DNA of 64,000 bases from Clostridia bacterium (GTDB lineage: Bacteria; Bacillota; Clostridia; Christensenellales; UBA1242): NCBI GenBank assembly GCA_017409005.1, contig JAFQTP010000002.1, positions 377,286 through 441,285 on the forward strand, in the 5' to 3' direction. How positions within the stretch are numbered: the first letter of the stretch is position 1; every line of letters starts with the position of its first letter. This document shows positions 60,701 to 64,000 of the stretch, piece after piece. The notes below the pieces were generated by a model, which worked only from the letters and a program-made list of their open reading frames with translations, was not told where the DNA came from and searched no databases. A program made the position numbers and the translations under genes.

Positions 60701-61492
60701 ATTGTGTTAAACCCACTTGGTATTCCTTCTCGTATGAACGTTGGACAAGTGCTTGAAGTTCACTTAGGTTTAGTTGCTAAAGCTTTAGGCATTAACATTG
60801 CAACACCTGCATTCGATGGTGTTAAAGAAAGCGACATTCGTGAACTACTTAAAGATAACGGATTCCCAGAGAATGGTAAAATTCAACTTTACGATGGACG
60901 TACTGGCGAACCATTCGAAAACCCTGTAACTGTTGGTTACATGTACTACATTAAACTAGAACACATGGTTAACGACAAAATGCACGCTCGTTCAACCGGT
61001 CCTTATGCTTACGTTACTCAACAACCATTAGGTGGTAAAGCAATGTTTGGTGGACAACGTTTTGGTGAAATGGAAGTTTGGGCTCTTGAAGCATATGGCG
61101 CAAGCAAACTACTTCAAGAAATGTTAACTGTTAAATCCGACGACGTTGAAGGACGTTATAACACATATAAAGCAATTGTTGAAGGTCTACCACTTCCTGA
61201 GCCTTCAGTTCCAGAAAGCTTTAAAGTTTTAATTAAAGAACTTCAAGGCTTGTGCTTAGATGTTAGACTTCTTACCGATAACGATAAAGAATTTAAATTA
61301 TCCGACTTAAATGCCGATAGCACCGAATCGTTTAGTGAAGTAACAAAACCTAGGGAAGAACAAAAAGAAATCGAACTTGAATTTGAGGAACAAACCGAAA
61401 ATTCTAACGATTTAGACTTAGAAGAAGATTTTGATAGCATTTTCGATGAATCAGCTTTATTTGATGATTTTAGCGATGACGATGAAGAATAG
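57794..61492 (+). CDS. rpoB: DNA-directed RNA polymerase subunit beta
   Basis: 1232 aa with RBS AAGGAG. Conserved blocks are [69 protein letters not shown] and [18 protein letters not shown]. It ends in an acidic C-terminal tail. Confidence 0.98.
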   Translation: MLNTDNIKKFKYGNTTRYTFGNAREIIDLPYLLEIQKDSYNRFISQGIGEALEEFSPITDYSGKAEVYLLDYTLESEPKITIPEAKRKSSNYSVALKVKVRLVIKETGEVIEQEVFLGDVPYMTDEGTFIFNGIERVVVSQLVRSPSVYYAKTIDKTGKELYNCTLIPTRGSWLEMEQKEKDPNFIRVCLDKGGKIGLGVFLKCFGFTREQILDIFGNNEIMRSTLDKDAVETQHDALIELSKKTRPSEIPSAEATKQFIFSQFFSTQYYNLGKVGRFKIDKKLNLATRAIGLVAAEDIKAKKEVLVKAGETITKEVAATFNKNGINEIVVLADGKPHKMVGNNRVRVSEIVKCNEAELGISEMVHYPTLMELIKDLKTKEEKIEAIKENAKELVGTTLFMDDMLASVSYFLDLNAGIGYIDVVDHLCNRRVKGAGELLQDSFRSGMNKLVNAVKETLQSHDLTDITPSQVVNARPINRAFKDFLASHQLSQLMDQMNPLSSLAQKRRLSAVGPGGIKKDRATDEVRDIHHSHYGRICVIETPEGGNIGLINSLATYARVNEYGFIETPYRVVDKQKGVVTNDVVYLMADEDENCYIAQAIEPLNEDGSFVNDNVVCRYLDTILEVSKDQVDYMDVSPKQLVSVPTACIPFLGNDDTARALMGSNMQRQAVPLITTETAMIGTGLEHKVALDNGAIIVAKNAGTVISSDATHIEIMADNGLIDKYDLIKFTKTNQESCVNQKPIVKTGQKVKKGETIADGYSAKNGELALGKNMLIAFMNWEGYNYEDAILLSERLVKEDVYTSINLKECEVKARSTKLGDEEITRDIPNLGEEALKDLDENGIIRVGAEVKPGDILVGKVTPKGETEPTPEERLLRAIFGEKARDVKDTSLRVSHGISGVVVDVQVFSRKNKDDLETGVNMMVRVTIAQKRKISVGDKMAGRHGNKGIVSRILPVEDMPFMANGQPIDIVLNPLGIPSRMNVGQVLEVHLGLVAKALGINIATPAFDGVKESDIRELLKDNGFPENGKIQLYDGRTGEPFENPVTVGYMYYIKLEHMVNDKMHARSTGPYAYVTQQPLGGKAMFGGQRFGEMEVWALEAYGASKLLQEMLTVKSDDVEGRYNTYKAIVEGLPLPEPSVPESFKVLIKELQGLCLDVRLLTDNDKEFKLSDLNADSTESFSEVTKPREEQKEIELEFEEQTENSNDLDLEEDFDSIFDESALFDDFSDDDEE

Positions 61493-61503
61493 GAGTTGAA
61501 AAT

Positions 61504-64000
61504 ATGTTTGAATTAAACAATTTAGCCTCAATGAAAATTGGCGTTGCTTCTCCAGAAAAAATCCGTGAATGGAGTTATGGTGAAGTAACAAAATCAGAAA
61601 CAATTAACTATCGTACACATAAGCCAGAAATGGGCGGACTTTTATGCGAACGTATTTTCGGACCTAAGAAAAATTGGGAATGTCATTGCGGAAAGTATAA
61701 ACGTATTCGTCATAAAGGCGTAATTTGTGATAAATGTGGTGTTGAAGTTACAAAAAGTACCGTTCGCCGTGAAAGAATGGGACATATTCAACTTGCAACA
61801 CCTGTTGCTCACATTTGGTACATGAGAAGCATTCCAAGCCGTATTGGAACACTTCTTAACCTAAACACAAAACAACTTGAAAAAGTTGTATACTATGTTT
61901 CTTACATAGTTATTGACCCAGGCAAAACAAACTTTACAAAATATCAATTAATTTCCGATATTGAGTATCGTGATGCAATGGACCAATTTGGTTACGATTG
62001 CTGCCGTGTTGGCATGGGTGGCGAAGCAATTAGAGAGTTGCTTTCAGAAATTGACCTTGAAAAAGAACATAAAGAACTTTCTAAAGCAAGTTTAACTGCA
62101 AAAGGTCAAAAGAAATTAAAAATTAACAAACGCTTAGAAATTATTGATTCACTGCTTAAAAGTGGTAACCGCCCAGAATGGCTAGTTCTAGAGGTTTTAC
62201 CTGTAATTCCTCCAGATTTAAGACCAATGATTCAACTAGATGGTGGTCGTTTTGCAACAAGTGATATCAACGATTTATATCGTAGAATTATTAACCGTAA
62301 CAATCGTCTTAAAAAATTCATGAGCATTGGTGCTCCTGATGTTATTATCCGTAACGAAAAACGTATGCTTCAAGAAGCTGTAGATGCGTTAATCGAAAAC
62401 GGAAAAAGCGGTAAAGCGGTTGCTGGACCTAAACAACGTGAGTTAAAATCGTTAACTCAAAGTTTAAAGGGTAAACAAGGTAGGTTCCGTCAAAACCTAC
62501 TTGGAAAACGTGTTGACTACTCTGGTCGTTCTGTTATCGTTGTTGGTCCAGAACTAAAAATGTATCAATGCGGTCTTCCAAAAGAAATGGCTCTTGAACT
62601 TTTCAAACCATTTATTATGCATAAATTAGTTGAACGTAACTTGTCGTTAAACTTTAAATCGGCAAAACGTTTAATTGAAAAACAAAAACCAGTTGTTTGG
62701 GATATCTTAGAAGAAGTTATTAAAGATCACCCAGTTATGTTAAACCGTGCTCCATCACTTCACCGTTTATCAATTCAAGCATTCGAACCTGTTTTAATTG
62801 AAGGTAGAGCAATCAGACTTCACCCACTTGTTTGTGGTGGTTTCAACGCCGACTTCGACGGCGACCAAATGTCTGTTCACGTTCCACTTTCTCCAGAAGC
62901 AATTGCTGAAGCACGTATTTTAATGTTAAGTTCAAACAACGTTCTTAAACCTGCTACTGGCGACCCAATTTGTACACCTACTCAAGATATGGTTTTAGGT
63001 TCTTACTTCTTAACCATTGAAAAACAAGGTGCAAAAGGTGAGGGTAAAAGCTTTATTTCTGAAGAAGAAGCTATTATGGCTTACCAAACAGGTGTGGTTG
63101 ATATTCAAGCTTCAATTTATGTTCGTAGAACAAGCGAATTTGAAGGTAAACCATATTCTTCACGTGTAAAAACCACAGTTGGTAAAATTATTTTCAACCG
63201 TGCAATTCCACAATATATTGGTTTTGTAGATAGAACCAAAAAAGAAACCGTTAACGATTACGAAATTGATTTCGTGGTTGGTAAAAAAGGTTTAGACCAA
63301 ATTATTCAAAAATGTTTCGATTCTCTAGGAACAACCGAAACTGTTAAAATGCTTGATAGCGTTAAAGAAATTGGTTACAAATATTCAACCATTGGCGCTA
63401 TTACAATTAACGTGTTCGATATGGAAATTCCTGCCGAGAAAAACGAACTTGTTACCGAAGTTGAACAAAAAGTTGCTGAAAATAATAAATTCTTTAAACG
63501 TGGATTTATTACTGAAGACGAAAAACTTGAAAAGAACATTAAACTTTGGAAAGATGCTACCAAACAACTAGAAGGCATTGTTTTAAACAAAATGGATATG
63601 TTAAACCCTGTTAGAATGATGGCTAATTCTGGTGCGCGTGGTAATGCCGGACAAGTATTACAGCTTTGCGGTATGCGTGGTATTATGGCAAACACCTCTG
63701 GTCGTAAAGTAGATATTCCAGTTAAATCTAACTTCCGTTTAGGCCTTAGCCCAATCGAATACTTCTTAAGTAGTCGTGGTGGACGTAAAGGTCTTGCCGA
63801 TAAAGTATTAAAAACAGCCGACTCTGGTTACTTAACACGTAGATTAGTTTGCGTTGCGCAAGACGTAGTTGTTGCTGAAGACGATTGTTTTGCTACTAAT
63901 GGCGAAAAAGTTAAAGGTTTAATGGTTAGTGCAATTTCTAAAGATGGCACACCAGTTTGCAGCTTAAAACAACGTATTGTTGGTCGTTTTGCTGTTGCAG
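61504..64000 (+). CDS. rpoC: DNA-directed RNA polymerase subunit beta', 3' end cut by window edge
   Basis: The ATG at 61504 lies 11 nt after the rpoB stop, with AGGAG at 61491-61495. [28 protein letters not shown]..., the zinc-binding [37 protein letters not shown], and the catalytic NADFDGDQM are present. The frame stays open to the window end, so the gene is absent from the ORF track. Confidence 0.97.
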   Translation, partial: MFELNNLASMKIGVASPEKIREWSYGEVTKSETINYRTHKPEMGGLLCERIFGPKKNWECHCGKYKRIRHKGVICDKCGVEVTKSTVRRERMGHIQLATPVAHIWYMRSIPSRIGTLLNLNTKQLEKVVYYVSYIVIDPGKTNFTKYQLISDIEYRDAMDQFGYDCCRVGMGGEAIRELLSEIDLEKEHKELSKASLTAKGQKKLKINKRLEIIDSLLKSGNRPEWLVLEVLPVIPPDLRPMIQLDGGRFATSDINDLYRRIINRNNRLKKFMSIGAPDVIIRNEKRMLQEAVDALIENGKSGKAVAGPKQRELKSLTQSLKGKQGRFRQNLLGKRVDYSGRSVIVVGPELKMYQCGLPKEMALELFKPFIMHKLVERNLSLNFKSAKRLIEKQKPVVWDILEEVIKDHPVMLNRAPSLHRLSIQAFEPVLIEGRAIRLHPLVCGGFNADFDGDQMSVHVPLSPEAIAEARILMLSSNNVLKPATGDPICTPTQDMVLGSYFLTIEKQGAKGEGKSFISEEEAIMAYQTGVVDIQASIYVRRTSEFEGKPYSSRVKTTVGKIIFNRAIPQYIGFVDRTKKETVNDYEIDFVVGKKGLDQIIQKCFDSLGTTETVKMLDSVKEIGYKYSTIGAITINVFDMEIPAEKNELVTEVEQKVAENNKFFKRGFITEDEKLEKNIKLWKDATKQLEGIVLNKMDMLNPVRMMANSGARGNAGQVLQLCGMRGIMANTSGRKVDIPVKSNFRLGLSPIEYFLSSRGGRKGLADKVLKTADSGYLTRRLVCVAQDVVVAEDDCFATNGEKVKGLMVSAISKDGTPVCSLKQRIVGRFAVA

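Noticed and set aside
61300-61489. Strongly acidic C-terminal tail of RpoB (...[37 protein letters not shown]).
   Set aside because: Acidic C-terminal extensions of the beta subunit are common in Bacillota. B. subtilis RpoB also ends in a Glu/Asp-rich tail. This is not unusual enough to flag.
1-64000. Alternative genetic code (TGA = Trp, as in Mollicutes-like low-GC lineages), and RNA genes, CRISPR arrays or IS elements.
   Set aside because: All conserved genes, and both ORFs over 17 kb, are complete under the standard code with TGG for conserved Trp residues, so recoding is not needed. Visual inspection of every intergenic region found only promoters, terminators and hairpins. These regions are 8170-8262, 9928-10079, 11490-11536, 12956-13134, 15428-15537, 15778-15915, 16165-16376, 34248-34615 and 57263-57793. 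I saw no tRNA-like cloverleaf signatures, rRNA, spaced direct repeats or terminal inverted repeats. A covariance-model scan was not possible here.

Overview
Low-GC Bacillota-type chromosomal segment, roughly one-third G+C by eye. It reads with the standard code: Trp is TGG and no long ORF has an in-frame TGA.

Left 16 kb (housekeeping and envelope genes in a Firmicutes-like order):
- two tandem CPBP proteases, rlmH and tadA
- a glmU-like gene split into two ORFs, with a degenerate uridyltransferase half
- pth and mfd
- a long PrsA/SurA-like lipoprotein
- a flippase-like membrane protein convergent with a NodB polysaccharide deacetylase
- two unknowns
- a membrane-anchored degenerate LytM/M23 protein (SpoIIQ-like)
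- an orphan acpP
- spoIIID behind a sigma-E-type promoter

Centre 41 kb, the stand-out: two adjacent same-strand giant genes of 5,956 and about 7,548 codons, 63% of the window. Each has its own near-consensus sigma-A promoter, lipoprotein signal peptide and intrinsic terminator. Both are built from Ig-like arrays plus 6 and 8 concatenated modules. Each module is an adapter, then GLUG-type G-G-[LIV]-[IVA]-G beta-helix rungs, then a W...P-x-L cap. The two genes are collinear, diverged paralogs. The second adds a C-terminal Listeria-Bacteroides-type repeat array and the first ends in a Tyr-rich domain. I found no catalytic motif and no LPXTG.

Right 6.7 kb: rpoB, detached from rplJ-rplL, has its own promoter and a ~300-nt structured leader. 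It is followed by rpoC, cut at the window edge.

I found no rRNA, tRNA, CRISPR array, transposase or integrase. All domain calls come from motif recognition by eye. No database search was run.
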